From assembly GCA_030704615.1 (NCBI GenBank), contig CM060731.1, positions 34,038,001 through 34,102,000 of the forward strand: a stretch of 64,000 nucleotides of DNA, read 5' to 3'. A program made the position numbers and the translations under genes. This DNA comes from Takakia lepidozioides (taxonomy: Eukaryota; Plantae; Bryophyta). Every line of letters starts with the position of its first letter. Position 1 is the first letter of the stretch. Below are positions 52,263 through 64,000 of the stretch, piece after piece. Under the pieces are notes generated by a model, which was not told the DNA's origin, ran no database searches, and was given only the letters and a program-made list of their open reading frames with translations.

Positions 52263-52906
52263 GAGAGATACACAAAAAAAACTCGCCACTCTGTATTCAC
52301 TGAGCTCAGGGACATGCATTTCTACGTTAAATGTTGGAGATGTGAGGTTCAAGAGAGTAGTGAGAGCTGCTGTGATATGTTTTGGAGAGGTTTGAATATA
52401 TCGACCACTAGCAACAGTGAGACTTGTCCATGTTGGAAGAGTAAGTAGGTATAATTCTTGAACTAGTTGTACAAAGTAATCGTATACAAGGTACAATTAC
52501 TAGCCAATGAGAGGGAAGGCTTCTGTCGCTGGCATTTTGTTCCGAACTTCAAACTTGAATCTTGATATGGGTATCACGGGACTGCTTATATAGGCTTGTG
52601 AGCTGCCCAAGCGACAATACACAATACCCAAGCCCTTCGTACTTCACAGTGGACGACCCAGAAGCAAAGGGTCCCAATTGTGCTCCCATCACTGCATCTC
52701 ATGCATTGACTTCAAATGGAGGGCCACCTCACGCCATCAAAGTCGTCCCAATAGCTGGAACAGTGAAGGGGATTGTTTGCCCCCCCCAACCCCCAACACG
52801 ACTTCCTTGGAGGAAAGAGGGCCTCCTGAAAGAGAAATTGGGGACTTGGTGAAAGATGGTGACTGAAGTGAGTGTGTGACTTGATCCCTCACTGTTTCAC
52901 TGTATG

Positions 52907-52910
<4 letters not shown>

Positions 52911-52946
<36 letters not shown>

Positions 52947-53560
52947 CTCTCATTTCATTTCATTTCATTTCTCTCTAAAGGCTGGCCACAAGGCTACGGC
53001 AAACAACGTCTTATGAGTACAATCTCTCTAAAGGCTATGGTAAACAAAGTCTTGTGAGTACATTCTCTTTCTCTAAACTGATCCTGCTAGATGAAGCTGA
53101 CTTGGAGGCTGAAGTGTCTAAGGCCATGTCGGCAGCATAAAAGTTGTCCAAACAACATGGAGTTAGGCATAAGACTTCCCTGAACTTGTTTCCAGTTTGT
53201 GACATGGGTGAGGACCTTAAGGATGATCTGAAGGACCGGCACCAGACTGAAATCTGAACTCAGGGCAGGAAGTCTACCTCTGAACAATAAACAGATGCAG
53301 AGATGAAAAGGAGATTGTCGATGCCCCATGTGTGGGTGGCCTGAAGACAATGTCCATTTTCTGATACAATGTCTGGGGCATTCTCATCAGAGTGTGACCG
53401 GACCATCAAGAACATAGTCCCTGCACCTCTATTCACCAACTTTCAAAATCTCGAGGCTTAGCCTTGAGCCTGGCCCTGTTGGGGTCTAATTGCTAGGCAA
53501 CTCACACACAACAGAAGCCTGAACTAATTGTTTATACCAAGGTAAGTCCCACTACTGGAG
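52911..53560 (+). repeat. (CT)n microsatellite with stacked LINE 3' ends (B tail, two ~30-45-bp A ends, then an older ~470-bp A fragment)
   Basis: (CT)~20, then CATTT x4, TCTCTCTAAAG-[CACAAGGCTACGGCAAACAACGTCTTATGAGTACAA]-TCTCTCTAAAG, a second A end, and an A-like body at 53087-53560. Confidence 0.85.
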
Positions 53561-56500
53561 TGAGCCCCTCTCTTAGTGTCTGTTGTCTGTTCCCTTTTGT
53601 TCTACCCAAACTCTTCTTCCCATGGGCCATCTGTGGATGTCTTTCTTTCTTGTGGCCTAATTACTTATCTGCCCCTTTATCTCCCTCCCTTCTGAGGGCA
53701 TTGGGGCGATTCAGGGTGGGCTGGAAAGCAGACAATTGCTAAACATGTGATGGGTGTGTCAACTTTGCATGATGTGATGCCTTGTGTAGAAGCTTTTGTA
53801 ACTCGAACTGTAGGGGTCGAATTGAAGAAGGTGAAGTCATCCTTCAAGCAGCATTTAGCTGCTTTAAACATAGTGGTAGAGTGGGCTTTTGGAGATAAGG
53901 TGAGATTGGTCAATCTCCCAAAGTTGACGTGTGAAGAGGTTATAGAGCTTTGTCTAGATAAAGTGTAGCTATATACCATAATAGTTTAAGAACGTGATCC
54001 ACTTGAGCATATTATTCAATGGAATGAAGTGATTCTTGCATACAATTGCATGTGCATGATTCTTGTATGATTGCATGATGGCATATGCATGATTCTTACA
54101 TATATCTGGTGCAATTAGCACATAAAAACAGTATAAGGAAGATATAGCAAAGGGACAGTCATGGGGAAATGAGGACACCAGCTGAAAACACCTAGGGAAA
54201 AATATCCTTGGGGAAAAGGGAAAAGCCATAATGGGAAAATTAATCATATAGGGAAAAAACAAAAAAGACTAAGTTCAAGAAACATGCAGGGGAAAAACCA
54301 ACAAAAATTACAAGGGAAAAAAGTATATATGAGGTGGAAAGAAAACCTAGGAAAAATGAATTTACATAAAAGAAATATACCGGGGAAAAACCCAGAAGGC
54401 AAAATCACACGGGGGATGTTTCCGTTGAGGTCCAAGGGGTTGCACACTTCCCTGTGTGACGTGTATATGGTCGTGAGGCTCTAAGGGGTCCCCTTGAGGG
54501 AATCTGTCAAAAGCTCCTTGTGCTGGCATGACGACTCGCTGCATACATGATGTGGGTTCTGCGGTGGACCAATCGGTACTGGTGGTGCGTGGAGGCGACG
54601 AGAGTTTGCGTGAACGTGTTTGAGCTCCTGCAATCGCACACAAATAATCTTGCGTTACATTCAAGAAGTAGGTGCTGCAGTTTTGATTAGGTTGATACGA
54701 TTTCGATCTCCATTAATGACTGGCGTAGTAACGTGGAAACTGGAAGCTGGATTAGATTTGCAGATTGTATATGATTTCACCCGAAATTTTTAACTTAGAC
54801 ATCGAGAGCTAATTACTACATTCGTATGGATGCTTTCCAAATTACGTACCAGTTGCTGGAGACAAGCTAGGCTAACTCACTCGCCAAGGGAGGGGAGCTC
54901 TATTTTTTCAAGAAACGCGAGCCTGACCATCACCCGAGGCTGCTGGAGCGCCCTAGGAGTACATGCACGTCGCTAAATAACATTTGGACACAGCACCATG
55001 GAAGAGACGATATCTAGAATAGGTTGTACATACCTGCAAATCGTGCAATGCGGTGTTCGGTGTCCCGTTGGGAAAAACCAAATCATGCTCCCCATTGGAT
55101 GATGCCAGACCTGTAACGGGACACAACTGCAACCCTGAACATTACAGACTTCAAGGATGGGTCTATGGAGGATATCAGTTCTTGCTACAGCATTCCCTGG
55201 ACTACAGATTTATGCATGTATGAATTCTATTTGTTGAAGTCATGTGCAACTTCAAGCTGTGATATAAGCGCATTTACTGAAATGTCGTAGTTCTAGTTTA
55301 TACCGAGGTCACTTTCATGAGATTGTCGTTTCGGTAGCATGCAGTCCGATGTGGTAAAGTCTGTCATGACTTACTGATTTGAACGGGACTGGAAGGCCTG
55401 GAATGATGGTGGGGACACCTGCTACAGCGCCATGTGAAGGCCATAGAGGGCAACTGCTAGGTACAGGTGGCTGGTTACCAGTTGGGGGAGGTCACCTGGT
55501 CAAGAACGAAGGAAGAAGAAGATCGGTCAGGCAGGAGGGACGACACAGTGACTTCTGGGATGGCCTGCAGGATAAGGGAGATTAGTGATGATGTATAGAG
55601 AAGATAGCACGGTGTGGTGGTGGGTCAACCGGGAGTGTTACCTGGTACTGTGCTGTTAGAGCTAGCCGAATAGTTGCTGGTTTTTCTTACTGTGAGGAAC
55701 CAGAACTGCGATACCTCTCTACACAAAGTTAATAATTGTAAATCTTTTGAATAGAGTTCCAGCAAGAGCGAGCTTGTACTGGTTTTGATCTGAGTCAACT
55801 GGGTTCCTGTAACGATTGAGAGCAGAGGAGATAGTAACCTTAATTGTTGGCTGGCGGGGAAATCAGAAGAGGTTCAGATGCACACTATGTACCTCTGTGC
55901 AAAAGATGGCGCGAGCGTGTGCTTGCACCAGAGACATGGAAGACCTGCAAGCTACCAGTTATCACCAGTAGTTGGAGTATCAGCACTTTTGGGAGGGTAG
56001 ATTCAACGCAATGGTGCTTACGATCCTTCTGGGTGGCCATGTCGCCGGCTCCTCCCTCGGGTCCACAGTTTGTCTAGGTGAGCACTGCTGATCTCGTCCC
56101 AGCCAAAGTTCCTATCTCTCTTTCTACACCACCGAGCGGTGAAGAATGCGAGACTCAGAGTGATAAGTTTACAAAGCAACAAAACTAGAGCCCGTGGAGC
56201 CTCTAAAGCTATCATATTTCCCAGGGAAAATGTCTAAAAGTCGATGCATTGATTGGGCTCGTCCCAACTGGCGACTCTTTTGTCAAACGCACGGGCAGAG
56301 GGTGCAGAAATTCATGCGCTCGTCCTTCATTTCGATCCCTTGGAGTCAAGATGATCTTTACAATCGTGTACGAGATGACAAACCACACGTCCCTCGCCTA
56401 TATGTTTCTTATAATGTAATCTGTATATATATTAATATATATACCTATCAAATATCTTCTGTTAAGATCTTCTATAATGTACTGACTCATCTGTCAATGC

Positions 56501-56777
56501 ATTTCAATAAAGATGAGACGTGGGGAAGTCCAATCTGCACACCTGAACTTGCGCCAGAATATATCAACCATCGTCAAAACTAGATTTCAAGCAACGTCAG
56601 TTGTGATGTGATAGAGGCCAAATTGGTTAGTGGGCAACTGGTAATCGAACAGGTTCTCGAGACTCGAACAACCTGTAAGACACTGCTGCTTTCGCATTAA
56701 AAATTATCGTGTTGATGGAAGCTCAAGTGAAACTGTTTTGTAGCTCATGGTTGCAATGTCGTCCCACATTCAATTGT

Positions 56778-56851
56778 GCTGGAGTAGCTCAGCTGGTTAG
56801 AGCGTGTGGCAGTTAACCACAAGGTCGGAGGTTGAATCCCTCCCTCTAACG
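56778..56851 (+). pseudogene. tRNA-Asn(GTT), probably degenerate
   Basis: GCTGGAGTAGCTCAGCTGGTTAGAGCGTGTGGCAGTTAACCACAAGGTCGGAGGTTGAATCCCTCCCTCTAACG resembles plant nuclear tRNA-Asn, with an upstream CAA. U33 is A, the T-loop is GTTGAAT instead of GTTCGA, and the acceptor stem has a mismatch. Confidence 0.8.
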
Positions 56852-58109
56852 ACCCTACACATATGACTCGGTCATTCTTTCATTTTGACCATGATTTAGT
56901 AGTGCACAAATTGCCCCACTAGTCCTGGCACGCTGCAATGCCCAGTGCCCACATTGACTTTCTTGCAAATCTTCAATTCAATCCCTTTTAAGTGGACCCT
57001 CTTATGGGATGAACTGTCTGTAGAACATCTAAAGGGACCTTCATTTTCCTTTGGTGGAATAGGAGCTGGAAAACAAAGGGAGCCTTTTGGCGAAAATTCG
57101 CCAAGAAAAACAACGATGGGACTCACTTCAGAGAAAATATCTCAAGCGCTCGTGGTCGAGAGTGAGATCTGTTTTACCCCACACAGACCCGTCCCAGGTC
57201 TGACCGACTGAGCACGATATTTATTGTGCTACCCCCACCTTTTTTGACATTCTTGTGGGGACCTAGGCAACAAAGCAAGAGAGCCCATTGCAATTTGAGG
57301 CTTGTTGGATATTAGAAGAAGTAGGGTAATAGGAAGGGTTTAGATTTTAGATGTGGTCAGGTCCAGGTCTCCTCTGCGCAGTGCTGCCTCAATCCGAGGA
57401 GGCCACACAAAATTCAGAGGCACCTTCTCTCAATTGATAGTCAACAAATAAAAGAGGAGTCCTCTTGGTGGGGCGTAAAATTATAGTACTATCCCACTGT
57501 GCGGTCATATGTCTATGTTCCGTGATAGGCCAACATACCCTATCCTCCGTGAAGCAAGAGCTCTACCCTCCCAATCTCTCACTAACTTGGAAGCTAATAT
57601 CGCTTCCATCACCCCTAAGTAATTATTAGGCTGGATGGTCTAACCTGACGTAAAGCTACTTCGATCACCTGGAAGTGTTAACTGGAAGACGCCATAGCTT
57701 CTCACTACATTGACTGCCCCGACTTCTGGAAATTTCCATTGGGTCCGTCTCTTCCTTCTCATAAGAGGAAGAGAAAACTAGGGAGCATGACTCAGCACAA
57801 CACACCAATCGGCGCCTTGACACGGTGACCACATTTTCTCCGTTGACTTCAACCTGATGCATAGTCTCTCTCTACAAGAGAGCCAATAAACAATTGAAAT
57901 GTGATAGGGTTGAGGATGCAGTTGGGTGGTAAGACGGTTCTGCTGCTTCAATAAAGGTTGTGGGTTCCCATATAAGCTTGGTTTGGTGGTTGTTGTGGAT
58001 TGAGACTATGTCCATGGAGGTGGTTTGTGAATACATGCATGGAGGTAGTTCAGCCTATTTTTGCAACTACCTTCATGCAGGAAATCCTGTAGCTACATGC
58101 AGTGGTCTC

Positions 58110-58305
58110 CCTCGAGGGAGTTAGGTGATATAACTGCAGTCAACTCAACTCTCTCGATTTGGCATACAATAGATTGTTTGGATTCATCCTAGAGAAGTTA
58201 GGAGATTGCAGTGAGCTCCAATTCTTGGACTTGGATTGGAAATAGTTTCTCTGACACTATTCCAAAAGAGCTAGGTAATCGCCAGCAACTCCAGGTACTA
58301 AGCTG
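58110..58305 (+). pseudogene. Plant extracellular LRR fragment (RLK/RLP remnant)
   Basis: NCSQLNSLDLAYNRLFGFILEKLGDCSELQFLDLDW / SFSDTIPKELGNRQQLQVL = LxxLxLxxNxLxGxIP repeats, with a frameshift. Confidence 0.8.
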
Positions 58306-59556
58306 ATGAAAATCCACTAAGAATCATATCTTTCTTTTGTTTTGCTGAAGAACTCGTGCCAAGGAGGGGTTTGGAAGGGGGCTGGTAGAATGTGAGCACA
58401 GCTATGCGCACAGCTCATGTGAGCATAGGAAAATGGAGTTGTGAGTACAAAATATGGCAATACGGTACCCATGTTTCTACGGAAATAGAATACACACGAA
58501 TAGGGTTCCTACAAGCGAAATAGGGGTTTTTGTCCCTATTTATGTTCCTAAACCCTAAACCCTAATGCAAAATTGGCACCCCCAATGTATATCTACAAGC
58601 TTCAAGTTCCAAATATTTATAGCTTTGGTATCCTACAAAAGAATAACACATTAGGGAAAAACAAAGTCACAATAACCAACACCATCCAAAACACATAAAT
58701 ACCAAATAATAATTGAACAATTTAATAAAATTAGGCAAACAACCGGTTTCGCCAGTGAAATAAATCAAAGTATCAGGTTTTGCCAGCGAGATTTCAAGGT
58801 ATCGTTGCGTATGTCATTTATCCAATTGTTTCGTGGGAGAAACAAAATGAGTTGTGTTTGGTTTTGCATAAAAAGGACGACGTGAGGTTGTTTTATTCGC
58901 TAACAAATTGTTATGTGCTTATTGCGGTAGGTCATTACCAGTGTTGGCCGGGTACCATGTTTTGAGCCCTCTTCTGGTCCCAGTTTTGGCCTACTCTTTG
59001 AAAAAATGGATGGTCAGGGCAGGGTATATCAATAGGTTTGCGGTTATAGGTTCTCATTAAACACCTGAATTAAACTAGTTCTCAAACTACCGGTTATGCC
59101 ATCTTAAAAAATGCGGGTTCCATGGGGGGATTGGTAGCGTGTGAATACAGCATGAGCACAAACGGCGTGAGCACAAAAAAAACGTCGCGTGAGCAGAATC
59201 CACGGTTGTGGGGGTGATATGTATGTCAGCGAAAATACATATAATAGACAGACATAGGGTCTTTATGCATTAATAGGGTCTCTATCAGTGTTGGTTTGGT
59301 AAGTACAAAAATCCGGGTATCAACCCGGTTATGCACCCGGGTATGGAAGCCCCTATTAGTCGGTTCCCGATAGGTTGAAAATCCGTAGAATAACTTACTT
59401 GTAGGATATGATTAGGGTTTCGGGGAGGCCGATACCCTAACCAACTGGTCTCGGCTCACCATTATCGATGTGTTACTTGTTTTTTTTCGTTGGAACTCAA
59501 TTGTTGATATCACCGTTTAGGTATCAGTGCGCGTAGCCTAGAGATGGCTCCCAACC

Positions 59557-59690
59557 TGTCGCACACCTCACTTCGGTAAGCTCCCCTTCAAGTCATAGTT
59601 ACTCGCTTTGATGCGCGCGCCTAACTCCCAAACTGGCCGCCGGGCCAACTCGGAGCTTCGGCTGCTCACCGGGACATAACGATCCCCCTT
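59557..59690. repeat. Truncated LTR fragment of the same Galadriel-like family
   Basis: TGTCGCACACCTCACTTCGGTAAGCTCCCC... matches 13033-13167 and 19084-19220. Confidence 0.92.
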
Positions 59691-60267
59691 TGCTCCTCCA
59701 TACCATTGTTGATACTAGGTCTGCAAAGAGAAATGCTGGCATTATTAATATCCTACAAGTACCAAAATCTGGGATTTTTAAAAATATGACATACCCTTGT
59801 TTGGGACATCTCTATATTTTTATATTACGAGGACCCTCTTGGTATCTTCAAAACAAAATACCAGACCAACACTCGTCTCTATGGTGTCTAAATATAATCT
59901 TAAACATATAGAAGGAACTTAAAAAACCTTCAAAAAAAAAAAAAAAAACCCCAAACCCCAATTTCGTCGGCAAAACCCAAGTTTCGTTAGCAAAAATATA
60001 AGTTCGTTGGCGAAAACTACGTGCGTTGACCTTTGAGTTATGGCAGATATATTTGTGGGTCTTTGTGCTTCCGTGAGTTAAGCTTTGGACGATTAATTTC
60101 ATGAAGTTTTTCGCGTGAGCACAGATTTTAGATAGTTTCGTATTTCTTATCGCGTGAGCGCATTTTGGTTTTGCATTCGCATATTCTCCAAAATCTTTTG
60201 GAATATTTGGAATATGCCTTTTGTGCTCACACCGGCTGGCGTGAGCCTACTCAGGCACTACCCAAGA

Positions 60268-60330
60268 GGGGTGTGGCCTTGTGGTAAGCCACTTGTGTAT
60301 TGGCCTATGGGTCTGGGGTTCAAACTTTAA
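60268..60330 (+). mobile_element. Possible tRNA-derived SINE head
   Basis: A-box-like TGGCCTTGTGG and B-box-like GGTTCAAAC at tRNA-like spacing; no convincing cloverleaf. Confidence 0.35.
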
Positions 60331-61699
60331 ACCCATGTCATCTATCTCTCTGCCTTGCCTTCAGGCTGAAGGCTTGCCCCTGTAATATACTAAATTTGCA
60401 ATTATTGTTTCAGCCAAATGCCCAACTAATTAATTTCCTATCTACTTGGATATTCTTAATGTTGTGCACTTAATCTCCCCAACCATTATAAACGTATTGT
60501 TACTAGTAATTCTGTCCATCTGTAATGTTCTTAACTACCATCACCAACCCCTACACCGTATTATCTTCCTCTACGCCATCCACATTTACTCCGGATCTTG
60601 CTCCGGGTATAACACCTTTACAATCACGATGCCGGTTCTCTAGCCGTTTAGGTAGCTCGATGGCTTTTGCCGGTTCCAGCGGGGGCTGCACTTTCCGGAT
60701 ATGCATGTCTAGATGCCATACCCAGCCAACACTAGTCATTACCCATGCTTTCGTGGGCGGAACAAAATAAATTGTGTCTAATTTCACATATTAATGATTG
60801 CTATGAGCGTCAACATCACATGATTACACACGCATCTATTAATCAACGACAATTGTTGGGAGAGATGGCATTGACAGGAAATTCCCTATGCCCCAACTTC
60901 ATATGGCTTGTGCTCACGTAAGCAGAAATTTCCAAATGTTTCATATTTCATTTGACGTGAGCATGTTTTAGTTTTGCTAAAGTATTTCCTGAGATTATTC
61001 TTGGAATATACGGCATATTCTCTTCTGCGCGCGTGAGCAGGCTGCGGAGGCGTGAGCAGGCTGACATGCTACCCAACCTCGGGTTGAAATAGGTGCAAAG
61101 TCATTCCTATTGGGGAGCTTAGGCTCACAATTTCAAGCTCCAAATGGGAGGCTCGAATTGTAAAATTCCTACATTATCTGCTGACTCTGGACAGAAATTG
61201 ATGATGACTCATAAACACATTTTAAAGCGATGTAATCAACGCTCAAATGAGCACACAAAAATTGTCAATTGAAGAACCTCAATTCATTCAATCACCGCAA
61301 GTTTGGAGGCATGGAACTCATTGCTTGCCTTATGTTCACGGGTGAGAGAGCATCATAAAAAGACAGCCAAACCAATCATTCTAGTACTGGAGCTGGGAAT
61401 AAGCATCTGAAGAACGGTGTTGCTCATGCTGGTGGTCACTACTCATTGCACAATGCTATTCTCTCACCCATTCATTGTGCACTACAAGGTTTATGGACAT
61501 TGATATACTAATAATGCATGTCTAACTGTCAATCAATGTACATTGTCTATGAATGTTCTCAACATCTATGATGTTTTCACCTTTAGAGGTTCTAAAGACG
61601 CATGAACCTCAAAGGGGACTGCAAAAAAGCACTATTAAAAGCTGTCCAAGGCAATTAACTTTCCAGTAAAATTCCTCCTCAAAGCCCTCTCACACACTT

Positions 61700-62250
61700 C
61701 AATGGAAATGACTAACAAAGGTATCCGAGGAAAGTTCTGTCGATCAAGAGAATCATGTCTGAAACCCATGTCTCTTAACTTTAGAATAGAAAGGTTTCTA
61801 CCAAGAACCTCAAGGAAAGATATGCTGTTCACCACCATGACAGCTAGGTTTGCTGATGAAAGTGCAAAACCTAATTTTCTTGAGCTATCAGAAAGAGTCA
61901 CCCAACAGCTAACATGGAGAAGGAGACCATTCCAGTCACAAGGTATTTGAGGACAACTTGCAAATCAGATGGTCAGCTTGGCTACAGTAGGAAAATTCTC
62001 ACAACAGGCCATGCTAGCACAACATCTTATAGCTCAAAGATACTTTTCAACCGTAGTTCAGGAGAAGGCAGGAGCGTACATGCTGTCAGGCTTGCGGGGT
62101 ATGGTGATCTCCCACACAAACCAGCTGGAGAGAACAGCTCCCGCAATGTTTCCTCTTTCAACTGCAATAATTGCGCCAAGGGACCAGTCAACCCCTCCAG
62201 GACAGGAAGAGGAGAACAGAGACATTAACCCACATCAATTGCAAACAATA
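61700..62250 (+). pseudogene. Possible degenerate Copia-type gag remnant
   Basis: Weak pattern (F.D.S...L.L...L; PVTRYL...LATVG; FNCNNCAKG knuckle-like) spread over frames. Confidence 0.3.
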
Positions 62251-63254
62251 CTTTGATTTACTTTCAAGAATTGCAGTACCTGAAACGGAAGATTACGGAC
62301 AATGAGTCGCCACTTTTTAAATCGTGAACCCTGTGTTTGCCAACTTAGGCCATTATCTGTAACAACACCCACAACCTAGATGTTTGCCTGAATCTCTGCT
62401 GGCAGAGAAGTCTTCATTCATCGCCTCACCATTGACAGCATCATCTACTCCTAGCATATTTGCAACCAAGCACTGACAAAGACACTGTGAAGGCACGATT
62501 TAAGTGATGCTTCCTCAACATTCAGAACCATGCTAATTGATTAAGATTATAAGAAGGAATTAAGCATAACAAACTATTGACTCGGAACTCATAAAAGCTT
62601 CAAGCACACAAGTCTTGCATAAGTCAGAAAGAACCATTTTTCTTAGAGGGGCACAAGAACTGCTCCTACCATTTCACGCCCAGTTCCTTCTTGCTCACTC
62701 AGTGTCCAATCCTACGAGCTATCAGACTAAAAGAAGAGAGGCTCGGAAGAAGACAAGTCAGAAAGGGATTTCTATGCTCAAACCATCTCTCTTCTTGACA
62801 GAAGCAGCACTCATGATAATCAGTGTCCAGAGAACTGGTTCCTCTTACCCTCCCCTCAAATATGATAGTATTGGCCTAGATAAAAAGAGGCCTGAGAGAC
62901 CAGGTCAGAAGGAGGTTTCTAGGGCTCAGCCATCTCCACCTTGCACAGGCACCAAGTAAGGCCCTACACACCACAGCATTTGGTTTCTTTTGCATCCATG
63001 AAAGTAGGACGCTCAAGGTCTTTTCCATGGAGTTTGCAAGGTATTTGGGAGGGTTAAGACTGGCTGCTCAGCTGCTCCCGAACCTGTTCTCATGGCCTAC
63101 TCCAAAATCTCCAAACTACAGACACAAGCAGCGCACACAACAGGGCTTGTGGATTGAGGGTTGGTCCAATCCTCCTTCGCTAAAAGAAAAACTTATTGCC
63201 ATGCCACAAGACAGATCCACGGAGCCGTGCTGGCATGAGTTTTTTGAAGATCCT

Positions 63255-63646
63255 TCACAAAGGTAGGACAACTGCAATGGCAAGGTGTGGCTTTCTTAAT
63301 GTATAACTAGGGTAGCCTGTGCGGTTGGCCCAAGTGTCGAGTGTCATCCAAGTCCAAGTGCAATCCCCTATGTATCCAAGTGCATCTCCTATGTCGGGGC
63401 CATGTGCGAAGAACTGAAATCGATATACTGCGATTGAGTAGTAATATATCCAATCGTTGTTCCAGGAAAGCCCTACCATTTGCTCTTTCACGAATTTCCA
63501 GCGACCAAAAGCACTCGAAATCCCATATCTCCCACATCGCAGGTCCAAAAAATAGGAGACCAAGTCGGTGCACCCCTCCTCATCGAGGGCTTTCCAACGG
63601 TACCAAGCACCAGGGCTGGGGCCCCGCGGTTCGGGAGATCTCAACG
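63255..63646 (-). CDS. Possible terminal exon of an unknown Trp/Tyr-rich protein
   Basis: Open ~130 codons after a pyrimidine-rich TGTGTAG acceptor (TTTG repeats upstream on -); no recognised domain. Flanked by related sequences at 63040-63140 and 63780-63980. Confidence 0.3.
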
Positions 63647-64000
63647 CTACACAACAAAACGAAACAAACAAACAAACAAACTACCTTGCTTCATATATTG
63701 ATATGAAAAAGTTTGTCTGTTCTGCAAACATGGGCTCTTCCTGTCAGTATCATGATTTGTTCTTTTCCGTGGTGTTTCAAAGGTACTTGGGAGGGTCAAC
63801 TTGGTCTTAGGAGGCTATGTGTAAATCTATGGCTGCTCAGCTCCACAGACCAATCCGAGATCAAACACCAACTTGGTCTTAGCAGGCCGTGTTTCAATCT
63901 CTGCATGCTCAGCTGCACCGTGGTGGTTCTCACAGACCAATCCGACATTACCTGACTACAGACACAAGCAGCACACACAAGAGGTCCTTCTAGGTTGATG

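Larger units (their letters stand above)
58384..61075. mobile_element. Nested MITE-like elements with GGTAG...CTACC(C) termini and GTGAGC subterminal repeats
   Basis: GGTAGAATGTGAGC (58384) vs GCTGACATGCTACCC (61060-61074); inner pair GGTAGCGTG (~59133) vs CACTACCC (~60263); clusters of (C/T)GTGAGCA. TSDs unclear. Confidence 0.5.

Noticed and set aside
54880-55115. Exon-like pieces on - (e.g. SGIIQWEHDLVFPNGTPNTALHDLQ with AG/GT borders)
   Set aside because: Could not be joined into a stop-free model or assigned to a family.
58549-58566. Interstitial telomere (AAACCCTAAACCCTAA)
   Set aside because: Only two units; this is common telobox-level background.
60655-60700. P-loop-like APAGTGKS on the - strand (Helitron helicase?)
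   Set aside because: A stop lies just upstream and no other helicase motifs are nearby; likely chance.

Overview
Eukaryotic nuclear DNA from a land plant. It is probably seed-free, judged from spliceosomal introns, an EXPB gene, Galadriel- and Tcn1-like chromoviruses and a ciliate/algal-type repeat-protein gene. The first ~22.3 kb is a nested transposon stack. A large Mutator-like element (MULE transposase + SWIM on the - strand, a convergent Ulp1-protease-like gene on the + strand, and arrays of a CAGACT motif) contains three inserts: a CACTA element (869-5631), a truncated self-priming Ty3/gypsy element (5745-7863) and a full-length but defective Galadriel-type chromovirus (13033-19810, TSD CTGGC). 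The MULE cuts a CYP72-clan P450 pseudogene, whose intron holds a 1.67-kb element with TTAA target duplications and CCCCTAAAGGAC inverted repeats (piggyBac signature). Next come an intact beta-expansin, a COQ8/ABC1 kinase gene and, head-to-head with it, a multi-exon gene for an uncharacterised 'ECTFxPxIN'-repeat protein. The introns of the last two genes hold many copies of two LINE families that insert at TCTC sites. The last ~10 kb has a degenerate tRNA-Asn, an LRR remnant, MITE-like elements and TE fragments. All calls are by eye from sequence and translation; no database searches were run.
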